64,000 bases of DNA, from the IMG/VR virus record IMGVR_UViG_3300050343_000163; one strand, given 5' to 3'. The translations under genes were made by a program, and so were the position numbers. Within the stretch, counting starts at the first letter, position 1, and each line of letters begins with the position of its first letter. This DNA is from a virus. This document shows, one piece after another, positions 36,859 through 44,476 of the stretch. The notes under the pieces are model-generated. The model was not told where the DNA came from, did not search any database, and saw nothing but the letters and a program-made list of their open reading frames with translations.

Positions 36859-37785
36859 TTACTCTTCAGCAAGACGTGCGAAGTAGGACAGGGCATCATC
36901 ATCATCAACGACTGCTTCTTCCTTGACAGGAGAACGATGGTGACCACCAACCAGTTGATTATTACTATCGATAGTAATATCAGGGGCGTTGAAACTACCA
37001 CGACCTTCAGACTCATCCTCGAAGGACTCATCAACTGGACGGGGAGCAGGACGTGCGCTGATACCTAGCACAAGATTCAAACGACGCTCAAGATCTTCGT
37101 ATGACTTGAACTGCTCTTTAGAAGTGAATGACTCTAGTGAGTATTCTTTTTTCCACGTTGCTTCAAGTTCATCATCGTCTGCAGACAAAGCACTAACACT
37201 ATCAAACTCAGAGCTATCATAGTTCCAGTACCCTGCTACTTTTTTGATCTTCAATTTGAAGTTAGCACCTTCCCAAAGATCAAAGACATTTACTGGTGTC
37301 TCATCTTGGAACTCGGGTTGCATGGCAGCAAGGATCTTATCATGGATCTTCTTGCCATACTTATACAAGAATGTCTTACCCTCGTTCTCAGGGTGCTTAG
37401 GATCCTTTACAACATAGATGTTACTGTAGTAAGAAAGCTTACGCTTCTGCTTACGTGCAGTCTCTTTGTCCTCATCAGCACCGCTGTTCCAGAGACGGCG
37501 GTTCACTTCACCAACGGGATCCTTTTCGTTGAGTGTAGTTAAGGAGTTTTCAATGTACCAACCACCAATACCTTGGAAGGCATGGGAGTACACCTTTGCC
37601 CATGGGATGGTTTCACCATCAGGGGCAGGAAGGAATCTGATAACGGCATATCCGTTACCAGCAGCGTCAACTTCTGGTTTCCAGAACCTATCATCAACGT
37701 TCTTACCGCTGGATGACTTCTCAAGTTCCTTCTGAAGGTAGGAGAAGTTGTTCTGAGATTTACGCTTTAAGTCTGCGAATGACAT
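36859..37785 (-). CDS. gp32: gp32 single-stranded DNA-binding protein
   Basis: DDRFWKP...GNGYAVIRFLP...WYIENSLTTL...EGANFKLKI...DDALSYFARLAEE. Confidence 0.97.
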   Translation of the reverse strand: MSFADLKRKSQNNFSYLQKELEKSSSGKNVDDRFWKPEVDAAGNGYAVIRFLPAPDGETIPWAKVYSHAFQGIGGWYIENSLTTLNEKDPVGEVNRRLWNSGADEDKETARKQKRKLSYYSNIYVVKDPKHPENEGKTFLYKYGKKIHDKILAAMQPEFQDETPVNVFDLWEGANFKLKIKKVAGYWNYDSSEFDSVSALSADDDELEATWKKEYSLESFTSKEQFKSYEDLERRLNLVLGISARPAPRPVDESFEDESEGRGSFNAPDITIDSNNQLVGGHHRSPVKEEAVVDDDDALSYFARLAEE

Positions 37786-37858
37786 AGATTACCTCGGATT
37801 TAATCGGATTTGGTTTGTGTATTGGGTCGGAACCCAATGGTGCCCTCATCACTTGAAC

Positions 37859-37887
37859 ATAATAACAGGCAAGGGGACGGGCGTCAA
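37859..37887 (-). promoter_or_regulatory. Sigma70-type promoter of gp32
   Basis: TTGACG-N17-TATTAT. Confidence 0.85.
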
Positions 37888-38219
37888 CCCCCTGCCTCTA
37901 ATTGTTGCTTCATGCGTTGAACCTTTAACAATAGTTCATCAAACATGGATTCGATGGACGTGTCAGGTGTAGCTCCTAGCATGACAACCCCCTGCTTCAT
38001 GGTCTCGATGACCGATTTAGCTTCGGGATCATCACTCAGTTTAGCACGAGCATAAAAGATCTTTTGTTTTTCAATGAGAGTTTCAAGTGCATCAAAATAA
38101 TCCATCTTCCTTTCGTCTTCAAGAAGAACAAAATTCATAGCGGATCTAAAACAGAACTGCTGGAGCTCCAACATTTCTTGGATGTCACCTCTAACTATAT
38201 CAGATTTAAAGAAACTCAT
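37884..38219 (-). CDS. DUF1825-like cyanophage protein
   Basis: FFKSDIV...LIEKQKIFYARAKLSDDPEA. Confidence 0.75.
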   Translation of the reverse strand: MSFFKSDIVRGDIQEMLELQQFCFRSAMNFVLLEDERKMDYFDALETLIEKQKIFYARAKLSDDPEAKSVIETMKQGVVMLGATPDTSIESMFDELLLKVQRMKQQLEAGG

Positions 38220-38470
38220 ACTAACATTAACTTGGCACGACTTGTTTTTTTCATGAAGTTAAGTTGCTGTGCATCATGACGCAACTTTTCTTTCAATGGT
38301 TTGCTAATTAGTTTACTTACACTATCTAATTCGATTTCATTTTCCTCGCAGTAGTGAATAACAGAATCAATATAATTCATTGATGGATTGTGTAATGCAA
38401 TCTTCTCCACTTCCTGCGAAAATCTCGCAGCGGTCATAAATTTATCCTCTAATAATTGTTTTTTGTCCAT
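38216..38470 (-). CDS. gp33: gp33 late transcription co-activator
   Basis: FSQEVE...NYIDSVIHYCEENEIE...LISKPLKEKL..DAQQLNFM. Confidence 0.92.
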   Translation of the reverse strand: MDKKQLLEDKFMTAARFSQEVEKIALHNPSMNYIDSVIHYCEENEIELDSVSKLISKPLKEKLRHDAQQLNFMKKTSRAKLMLV

Positions 38471-39140
38471 ATCGTTCTTGGTATTCGTCGATGTAACCCA
38501 TCAACTTGATGAAATATTCTTTCTTAGGTGGAAGCACCTTGACTTGGGTCTCTCCGTTTTCACAAGCAACGATTGTGACGAGTTGTTTGACACTCAACCC
38601 GTAGTTTTCTTGAAGCATACATGCGTATGCAGTTTCTTGAACGAAATAGTCGTAGAGATATTCTTCACGCTTAGGTTGTTCTGCTGTCTTAAAGTCAATA
38701 ATAGACAACACACCATCAAACTCAGCGATACAATCTACACGCCCTGCTAGTTCTAAATGTTTAGAGTAGAGCGCAGCTTCCTGTAAGTAAATATTATTTA
38801 TACGGTCCAAAGTAGGACGACTGTGGTGAAACATCAGCACAGGAAGGGGATGTGATTTGTATTTCTTTAAGTCTAAATCGTTATTAAGATAATCTTCTGC
38901 AACTAAATGATACTTTGTGCCACGACCAGTAGCACGAGTGGACTTGGCATTTGCTGCCTTCTCACCAACACGAGCTCGCCACCTAGCAATACCCGCCATC
39001 TTTTTAGCATTGTTACCAATCACGGTGGTGACAGATGGAAATTTCATGCCTTCGGGTGTGAGATAAAGTCTTTTTCCTTCGACCATCTCAGCAGACATTT
39101 CAATAGGTTCAATGCCACCTACATGATTAAACAATTTCAT
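38442..39140 (-). CDS. PD-(D/E)XK exonuclease
   Basis: PSVTTVI...RGTKYH...AGRVDCIAEFDGVLSIIDFKT...YFVQETAYA. Confidence 0.9.
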   Translation of the reverse strand: MKLFNHVGGIEPIEMSAEMVEGKRLYLTPEGMKFPSVTTVIGNNAKKMAGIARWRARVGEKAANAKSTRATGRGTKYHLVAEDYLNNDLDLKKYKSHPLPVLMFHHSRPTLDRINNIYLQEAALYSKHLELAGRVDCIAEFDGVLSIIDFKTAEQPKREEYLYDYFVQETAYACMLQENYGLSVKQLVTIVACENGETQVKVLPPKKEYFIKLMGYIDEYQERYGQKTIIRG

Positions 39141-39889
39141 AAACCTAAATTAATTTTGTTGATGAGATAAGATTTGACAAGACCAGAACGAACGATATCT
39201 TCTACACCGAATTCAACCAGTGAGAACTCATCCATTTTCTGTAAGATGCGTTGGAAGTCAATGATACCTGTACGCTCACTGATCTTTTGCAGATCAGTTT
39301 GTGCAGCATCACCACAGAAAATGATCTTACTATCCTGTCCAACACGAGTGATGATACTATCCAGTTCATGGAAGTTTAGGTTCTGACACTCATCAATGAT
39401 AACGATAGCATTGTCTAGTGTAGTGCCACGTATGAAACTAGTAGACCAGAAGGAGATAGTTTCCTGTGCCTTCAGGTTATCATAGAGCATTTCATATGAT
39501 GCATCGTCAGGCATCTCAAACATGGATTGAACCATGTTCTTATATGGTATCTGATAGAGAGAAGACTTATCCTCATGGTCGCCAGGTAAGAAACCAATCT
39601 CTCTAGTAGCTACTAGAGATCTAACGATGTATATTTTATCGTATGGTGTGTACTCATTCAATACATCTTTAAGTGCTTTGTACAGTGCAATGAACGTCTT
39701 ACCTGTACCTGCTACACCATATGCATATAACATCTGTCCTTTGTCCCACTCATCAAAGAAAATCTTTTGATTATCAGTGATGGGTTCAACAGGAAGCATG
39801 TATGCTTCGTCAATAGGTTTACGACGCTTGCGTTGCTTCGCAGTCATCCCTTGACCAGGTGATTTAGTTGTCTTCTTTCTAACGGGCAT
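39137..39889 (-). CDS. phoH: PhoH-family ATPase
   Basis: GVAGTGKT Walker A, REIGFLPGD, SFIRGTT, IIDECQN, FCGDAAQTD. Confidence 0.97.
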   Translation of the reverse strand: MPVRKKTTKSPGQGMTAKQRKRRKPIDEAYMLPVEPITDNQKIFFDEWDKGQMLYAYGVAGTGKTFIALYKALKDVLNEYTPYDKIYIVRSLVATREIGFLPGDHEDKSSLYQIPYKNMVQSMFEMPDDASYEMLYDNLKAQETISFWSTSFIRGTTLDNAIVIIDECQNLNFHELDSIITRVGQDSKIIFCGDAAQTDLQKISERTGIIDFQRILQKMDEFSLVEFGVEDIVRSGLVKSYLINKINLGL

Positions 39890-39891
39890 AA

Positions 39892-40158
39892 TTAGTAGTT
39901 GTACTTATCGGTAATGGTTTTGTTACGAGGTGCTTTAGGAATCACCTTGTTTTTCATGATGTCTTTCCATCCAGGATGGGTCCTCGCCATCTTATCTCTC
40001 CATTCTCCCACTTCACCAGAGGCAGGGCAAGTAGAGGGATCACTCCAATCTCTATCCCATTCTGGATTGTCTGTCTTCCACTGGTCCCAATCATGAACGC
40101 TAATTCTAACGTCCTTCTGTTCACCAGTCTCTTTATTAATCACTGGGTAAGTCGCCAT
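39892..40158 (-). CDS. Cyanophage hypothetical protein (MATYPVINKETGE...)
   Basis: Likely start at MATYP within the longer ORF-track call. Confidence 0.8.
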   Translation of the reverse strand: MATYPVINKETGEQKDVRISVHDWDQWKTDNPEWDRDWSDPSTCPASGEVGEWRDKMARTHPGWKDIMKNKVIPKAPRNKTITDKYNY

Positions 40159-40366
40159 CGTCTCCCTCCTTTGTTTTATTAAATCCAAATGGACCTGCTC
40201 CCTTTTCTTCGAGTGCTAGCTTCAGTGCAACACCACCAATAGATTCCATAACTTTAATGACTTGCTCAGGTTTGGCATCCTCACCAAGTTCTTTGGCAAC
40301 ATACCAATACTTAGGCCAAAATGTTTGACCTGCTAATTCATAATCTTCTAACGTTAATAGTTTCAT
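40136..40366 (-). CDS. Hypothetical protein, 76 aa
   Basis: ORF track; coupled to thyX. Confidence 0.8.
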   Translation of the reverse strand: MKLLTLEDYELAGQTFWPKYWYVAKELGEDAKPEQVIKVMESIGGVALKLALEEKGAGPFGFNKTKEGDDGDLPSD

Positions 40367-41001
40367 AACCAGTCAAGTGCCTCCGCACAAATAGGAAACT
40401 GTTCAGAGAATACACGACGTGCATCTTCTGCAATCAGCATGTGTTCTTTCTGCGTTCCATGAGCAGAACGCAATTCAATATAATGGATCCATGAACGAAC
40501 TGAGCCCGTCATGTAGATTTTTGTGGGAACTGCCAAAGGAAGCACAAATCTAGCACACTCCTTTGCCACACCGTGATCAAGCATAGTCTGGTATAGATCC
40601 ATAGAAGAAGCAAAATGCCTTTCGATAGCAATCTCAAACTCTTGCTTATGAAAAGCATCTAAATCATCAGTAGAATTCTGACGATTCTTTTTATCCTGAC
40701 GACGTAAATCAGGTAGAGGAATACGATCTGCTAGCATAGAACTATCAGCATACCGTTGAGAAAACTCTTGGAATGTAAAAGATCTATGTCGTAGAACTTG
40801 AGCTGCGATTCCTCTAGATGTCTCGATCTCAAGCGTCATGTGTGCCTGCTCAAAGACGCTCCAGTGGTTGTGCTTGATACAATACTTTAACAGACCAGAA
40901 ACCTTAGGATTATCCTGATTGTTTGGGTTCGATACTCTCGCCACGTACCCCATCATTTTCTCTGCGTCTGGTGTCACTGTTACGAGTTTCACTGAGTTCA
41001 T
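40363..41001 (-). CDS. thyX: Flavin-dependent thymidylate synthase
   Basis: HWSVFE, QVLRHRSFTFQEFSQRY, ECARFVLP, RSWIHYIELR. Confidence 0.97.
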   Translation of the reverse strand: MNSVKLVTVTPDAEKMMGYVARVSNPNNQDNPKVSGLLKYCIKHNHWSVFEQAHMTLEIETSRGIAAQVLRHRSFTFQEFSQRYADSSMLADRIPLPDLRRQDKKNRQNSTDDLDAFHKQEFEIAIERHFASSMDLYQTMLDHGVAKECARFVLPLAVPTKIYMTGSVRSWIHYIELRSAHGTQKEHMLIAEDARRVFSEQFPICAEALDWL

Positions 41002-41176
41002 TACTAAATCCTTTCTCCTGTTTTCTTTGTTGTTGTTTTACTTTCAGTTGTATCTTAGCACGTATAAGTGCTAATGTCATGTATTGCAATTCCTCATCTG
41101 TATACAGATCAGGTTTAATCTTTGCTTCCTTAATAGCTTTCTTTGCTAATCTTATCTGGTCTTTTAGTCGGGTCAT
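40910..41176 (-). CDS. Basic hypothetical protein (MTRLKDQIRLAKKA...) whose tail overlaps thyX
   Basis: Likely start at 41176 within the longer ORF-track call. Confidence 0.65.
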   Translation of the reverse strand: MTRLKDQIRLAKKAIKEAKIKPDLYTDEELQYMTLALIRAKIQLKVKQQQRKQEKGFSNELSETRNSDTRRRENDGVRGESIEPKQSG

Positions 41177-41396
41177 AGTACGCTTTGTAGTAGGCAACAA
41201 TACCAGATGTACTTGCGTTACCTTGTGATACCCAATCGTGAATGCATTCGTAAATGCTTTGGGATGAATACCTTGGTGATCCGTCTGAGCATAACTCAGG
41301 TCCAAATTTCTTGAGTAGGATATTAAGTCCTTGTGTTCTCACGTCCATTCGTTTATCACTGTAACGCCAATCAATCTGCATATCCGTCATCGTCAT
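41130..41396 (-). CDS. Hypothetical protein, 88 aa
   Basis: ORF track; operon context. Confidence 0.75.
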   Translation of the reverse strand: MTMTDMQIDWRYSDKRMDVRTQGLNILLKKFGPELCSDGSPRYSSQSIYECIHDWVSQGNASTSGIVAYYKAYYDPTKRPDKISKESY

Positions 41397-41553
41397 TCTC
41401 TGAGGTTAATACTCTAGCTTTTGTTTTGTTTACATGTTCGTCCCAAGGATGAACATATTTGTATGCATCCACATTTGAATACACTTCACTCTCCAATGCA
41501 TTGACCAGAGATTTGAGGTTTTTGACAATGAGTTTTAGTCTTGCTCTATCCAT
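41371..41553 (-). CDS. Hypothetical protein, 60 aa
   Basis: ORF track; CATAAATA late-like element abuts the start. Confidence 0.75.
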   Translation of the reverse strand: MDRARLKLIVKNLKSLVNALESEVYSNVDAYKYVHPWDEHVNKTKARVLTSENDDDGYAD

Positions 41554-41574
41554 ATTTATGTTACAGATAGTAGC

Positions 41575-41610
41575 ATCATAGCATAAAAAAAGAGGGGTTG
41601 CAACCCCTCT
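41575..41610 (-). terminator. Intrinsic terminator overlapping a sigma70 promoter
   Basis: AGAGGGG-TTGCAA-CCCCTCT-T6; loop TTGCAA-N17-TATGAT. Confidence 0.8.
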
Positions 41611-41618
41611 CTAGATAT

Positions 41619-41792
41619 TTACGTTAAAATTTTTCTACATATTCGTTTACAATAAGTTTGGTTTTCTAAATCGCATTCGACTAAACATTCATAGTAGTCA
41701 TCGAGCTTTTGATTTTCCACCTCCAAAGTGTCTACAGTAGTTTCTAAATGTCTCCACTGGTTAAGTTGAGATCTGGACAATAGATTGTGCAT
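41619..41792 (-). CDS. Small twin-CX3C protein, 57 aa
   Basis: Manual translation MHNLLSRSQLNQWRH...YYECLVECDLENQTYCKRICRKILT. Confidence 0.8.
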   Translation of the reverse strand: MHNLLSRSQLNQWRHLETTVDTLEVENQKLDDYYECLVECDLENQTYCKRICRKILT

Positions 41793-41937
41793 TAGTTTTC
41801 TCCATGCAATAAACCATAATAAAGGGGAGAGAAGGGTTCATTTTTCCACCTCGCATAATTCTACCACTATTTATTTTTGGTACATTCAATTAAAGAAAAA
41901 TTGCAACGAATATTATTGCCTACTAGTTTATACTCAT

Positions 41938-41965
41938 AAAAAAAGAGAGGGTCAAAACCCTCTCT
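41938..41965 (-). terminator. Intrinsic terminator after the DUF4278 gene
   Basis: AGAGAGGGT-TTTG-ACCCTCTCT followed by a T run. Confidence 0.9.
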
Positions 41966-41980
41966 GGATAAGTAAGTTAA

Positions 41981-42148
41981 TCACTTTTTATAAAGTTGAC
42001 CACGATAGCAGAATGTGCCATGGGTCTCTTTAGATTCTACACTACCTGTATCATACTTAACACCACGATATGTAGTGTGAAGAATCTGAGCGTCGTGTAG
42101 AGCAGATCTCTTGATGATCTGCTTCTTGATTTGATTAAGTGTGTTCAT
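41981..42148 (-). CDS. DUF4278-like peptide, 55 aa
   Basis: Manual translation with two YRG motifs (TTYRGVKY, FCYRGQLY); AGGAG SD 7 nt upstream. Confidence 0.85.
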   Translation of the reverse strand: MNTLNQIKKQIIKRSALHDAQILHTTYRGVKYDTGSVESKETHGTFCYRGQLYKK

Positions 42149-42182
42149 GAGTTGACTCCTGAAGAAGTAGGGTGGTTAGTCC

Positions 42183-42366
42183 CCGTTCCTTCAGTCGTTT
42201 GCGTCCCAAGGGTAGCATTCAGGGGTTGATTCCTTCATGACCTCAATCAATTCCACCTTATATTCGGGGGGAATATTCTCGTTTGTCCTCATCCGAAGCA
42301 TAACTGCATCAGCTTGAGCACATGTGAGTGATGAATAGAATAATAATTCTAGCATGGGATGAACGG
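42183..42366 (-). ncRNA. Glutamine-II (Downstream-peptide) riboswitch aptamer 2 with ~150-nt insertion in P2
   Basis: CCGTTCATCCC ... GGGACGCAAACGACTGAAGGAACGG. Confidence 0.8.
42191..42355 (-). CDS. 54-aa protein nested in aptamer 2
   Basis: MLELLFYSSLTCAQADAVMLRMRTNENIPPEYKVELIEVMKESTPECYPWDAND; GGAG SD 11 nt upstream. Confidence 0.75.
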   Translation of the reverse strand: MLELLFYSSLTCAQADAVMLRMRTNENIPPEYKVELIEVMKESTPECYPWDAND

Positions 42367-42368
42367 CT

Positions 42369-42415
42369 CCGTTCCGCGACTTACTTGCGTCCCACCCTAA
42401 AGTGGGATGAACGAT
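42369..42415 (-). ncRNA. Glutamine-II-type riboswitch aptamer 1
   Basis: ATCGTTCATCCCAC-TTTAGG-GTGGGACGCAAGTAAGTCGCGGAACGG. Confidence 0.75.
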
Positions 42416-42421
42416 GGTATA

Positions 42422-42450
42422 AGCATACCATACTATGTATGCTTTGTCAA
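42422..42450 (-). promoter_or_regulatory. Sigma70 promoter of the riboswitch transcript
   Basis: TTGACA-N17-TATGCT; inverted repeat AAGCATAC-N8-GTATGCTT across spacer and -10. Confidence 0.85.
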
Positions 42451-42452
42451 CC

Positions 42453-42468
42453 TGTATTTCTTAATACA
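42453..42468. promoter_or_regulatory. NtcA binding site
   Basis: TGTA-TTTCTTAA-TACA, exact TGTA-N8-TACA. Confidence 0.8.
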
Positions 42469-42469
42469 A

Positions 42470-42742
42470 TTAGTTTCCTGCTAAGTAGAATGCTTCACCC
42501 TTAGCTTTACAAACACGACGTACCTCAGCATCATAAACAGGTATACCTAATTCTCCACCTGTAATTAAATTCTTTGCAAACTCCCACGCTTCTCTGAAGC
42601 GTCTAAATTTATAAACTTGATCATATGTTTTAGCAGACACAAGCACACCATCACTTCTCCATAGTCTCATCGTATGCCACACAAGTGGATCATCAATTCG
42701 TCTATAAAAAATTGCCCAGTTTCCTGTTTGTGATGCGCTCAT
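42470..42742 (-). CDS. Hypothetical protein, 90 aa
   Basis: ORF track; operon context. Confidence 0.8.
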   Translation of the reverse strand: MSASQTGNWAIFYRRIDDPLVWHTMRLWRSDGVLVSAKTYDQVYKFRRFREAWEFAKNLITGGELGIPVYDAEVRRVCKAKGEAFYLAGN

Positions 42743-42993
42743 TATTTTTTCTTTGCAGGTTTAGCGTTTGGATCTTGCCAGAGTTTAGGATTAGCTCTAC
42801 CCTCTGTTTGGTTCATACTAATCACACTATGATACTTGTCCCAGTAATGATCAAATATCTCTGATTTCTTAGCAGATATAACAATGTCATGTTGAACACC
42901 ACCTTCAGTGTTGTACTCAATAATATAAGCAGTACATGGTAGTGATGTATCATCTGCTAATTTAGGGTCGCAATTTTCGTGAAGAATATTCAT
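42742..42993 (-). CDS. Hypothetical protein, 83 aa
   Basis: ORF track; 1-nt coupling. Confidence 0.8.
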   Translation of the reverse strand: MNILHENCDPKLADDTSLPCTAYIIEYNTEGGVQHDIVISAKKSEIFDHYWDKYHSVISMNQTEGRANPKLWQDPNAKPAKKK

Positions 42994-42999
42994 TAGTAA

Positions 43000-43431
43000 T
43001 TAACTACGGTTTCCCCATTCGATCTGGGGGAAGGCTTCTTCGACACACTGTTTAGTAATTTTCCAGCGTTTGCCGATTTTCCTGTCCTTCATCAGACATA
43101 ATACCTCAGCTTCGCCTTTATGTAAACCCTCTAGCAGTTGAATGAATAGGTTTTCTCTACGAGTCTGAGAGACGCTTGCACCGCCCTTGAAGAAGAGATA
43201 GAGTTTACGATACTCATGTGTAAGTTTCGTATGTTCTGTCTCTTCAGGCGCTTCATTCTCCTTGTAGGGAACGTTCCCTTCAGGGAGCATAGAGATTACA
43301 CTCTCGTCAAAGTTAGCAATCAGAATTTGTCTGAGTGCTGGTGTATTATATTCCTGTAACAGTTTAATTTTTTGTGCTTTGGTCTTAGCATTGCTGACCT
43401 TTTGCAGCACTTCATTGAGTAATAATTTCAT
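43000..43431 (-). CDS. Conserved T4-like cyanophage protein, 143 aa
   Basis: MKLLLNEVLQKVS...LPEGNVPY...RRENLFIQLLEGLH..EAE. Confidence 0.85.
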   Translation of the reverse strand: MKLLLNEVLQKVSNAKTKAQKIKLLQEYNTPALRQILIANFDESVISMLPEGNVPYKENEAPEETEHTKLTHEYRKLYLFFKGGASVSQTRRENLFIQLLEGLHKGEAEVLCLMKDRKIGKRWKITKQCVEEAFPQIEWGNRS

Positions 43432-43457
43432 GACTATTGGTATACCTTAATTATTAT

Positions 43458-43688
43458 TTATTCTTCCTCCAATTCCTCTTCATTTAAAAAGCGAACAGAG
43501 AGTAGTTCTTCATTGATCCATTGTCCTTGACTATCATACATTTCTGGGTGGAGGTTTTCATTTTCTGTTTCTCTAACGTAGAGATACTCATGCATCTTTT
43601 CATTTACTGTCCAACCAGCAAAGACACCGACACATAGAAATACAAATGATGCTGTTGCTGAGAAATAAACGAATAAAATTTCTGTCAT
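43458..43688 (-). CDS. Membrane hypothetical, DUF2973-like, 76 aa
   Basis: TM helix plus HPEMYD..G..INEELLSVRF. Confidence 0.75.
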   Translation of the reverse strand: MTEILFVYFSATASFVFLCVGVFAGWTVNEKMHEYLYVRETENENLHPEMYDSQGQWINEELLSVRFLNEEELEEE

Positions 43689-43703
43689 TGTTCAACTCCG
43701 AAC

Positions 43704-43868
43704 TTAAGTTTCTTTTTTGTCCCACTTAAATTCAAAGTTGAAATAAACTTCTCGTTTTAAGAGGGAAAACGCCTTCGTAATAATAAATCCCTTACGGGGT
43801 AGCATTTCTTTTTGTTTTGCCCTCCTGAGCATGAGCTCTATGCCTTTATTTATTTTAAGTTCTTTCAT
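43704..43868 (-). CDS. Small basic hypothetical, 54 aa (MKELKINKGIELMLRR...)
   Basis: Manual translation; ATGA coupling to glutaredoxin. Confidence 0.7.
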   Translation of the reverse strand: MKELKINKGIELMLRRAKQKEMLPRKGFIITKAFSLLKREVYFNFEFKWDKKET

Positions 43869-44125
43869 TTTTTGGATGTGGTAACCAATCCATCTGCAAG
43901 AAACTTTTTAGCGAGTGGAACTAATCCACCAATGTATTCCCCATCAATAAAAACAACAGGAAATCCTTGTACATCTGGATAGTCAATATGAAACTGATCT
44001 TGTTCTTCTTGAGGAAGATCAGACCAAAGAATTTCATTGTAATCTGTAATATTTGCTCTACTCAATAGCTCTTTAGTTCTAGAACACCAAGTACAACCAG
44101 TAGAGGTATAGATTTTAATATTCAT
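43865..44125 (-). CDS. Glutaredoxin (NrdC-like)
   Basis: IYTSTGCTWC, FPVVFIDGEYIGG; start at MNIKIY. Confidence 0.92.
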   Translation of the reverse strand: MNIKIYTSTGCTWCSRTKELLSRANITDYNEILWSDLPQEEQDQFHIDYPDVQGFPVVFIDGEYIGGLVPLAKKFLADGLVTTSKK

Positions 44126-44144
44126 ATGGTTTAATTCTATGTAT

Positions 44145-44170
44145 AAAAAAATGGGGCGTTTCCACCCCAT
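44145..44170 (-). terminator. Intrinsic terminator after the psbD operon
   Basis: ATGGGG-TGGAAACG-CCCCAT-T6. Confidence 0.8.
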
Positions 44171-44230
44171 CATATCATATCTTTAAGAGGTGGTCAATCA
44201 TGAAGCGATTAGAGTTAGTTAATCGCTTCA

Positions 44231-44476
44231 TCATGCTTCCTGTAGAGACTGAACTGTGTTGTGAAGTTCTCCAATATCACGGAGACCTTCAGCACTGAAC
44301 CATGGAGCATTCGCCCAACTAAATCCTTCACCCATGGTGCTATCAGGTGCTGTGATATACCAATGACAAGCTGTGTCTGGTACATCAACCGCACACTTAG
44401 ACCAATCATCCTGCCACTGTGGGACTTGCACCCACATCAATGCAGCAAACATAAAAGTGAAGAGAGATTTAATCAT
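44231..44476 (-). CDS. Small secreted Cys/Trp-rich hypothetical, 81 aa
   Basis: Hydrophobic N-terminus; ATGA-type coupling to psbD. Confidence 0.75.
   Translation of the reverse strand: MIKSLFTFMFAALMWVQVPQWQDDWSKCAVDVPDTACHWYITAPDSTMGEGFSWANAPWFSAEGLRDIGELHNTVQSLQEA

Noticed and set aside
36858-37034. N-terminal extension of the 111-aa ORF-track call
   Set aside because: Overlaps the gp32 C-terminus in another frame; a coupled ATG exists at 36857
43800-43830. Apparent A-run frameshift in the 54-aa ORF
   Set aside because: Careful re-reading (AGG AGG GCA AAA CAA AAA GAA ATG) shows the frame is continuous
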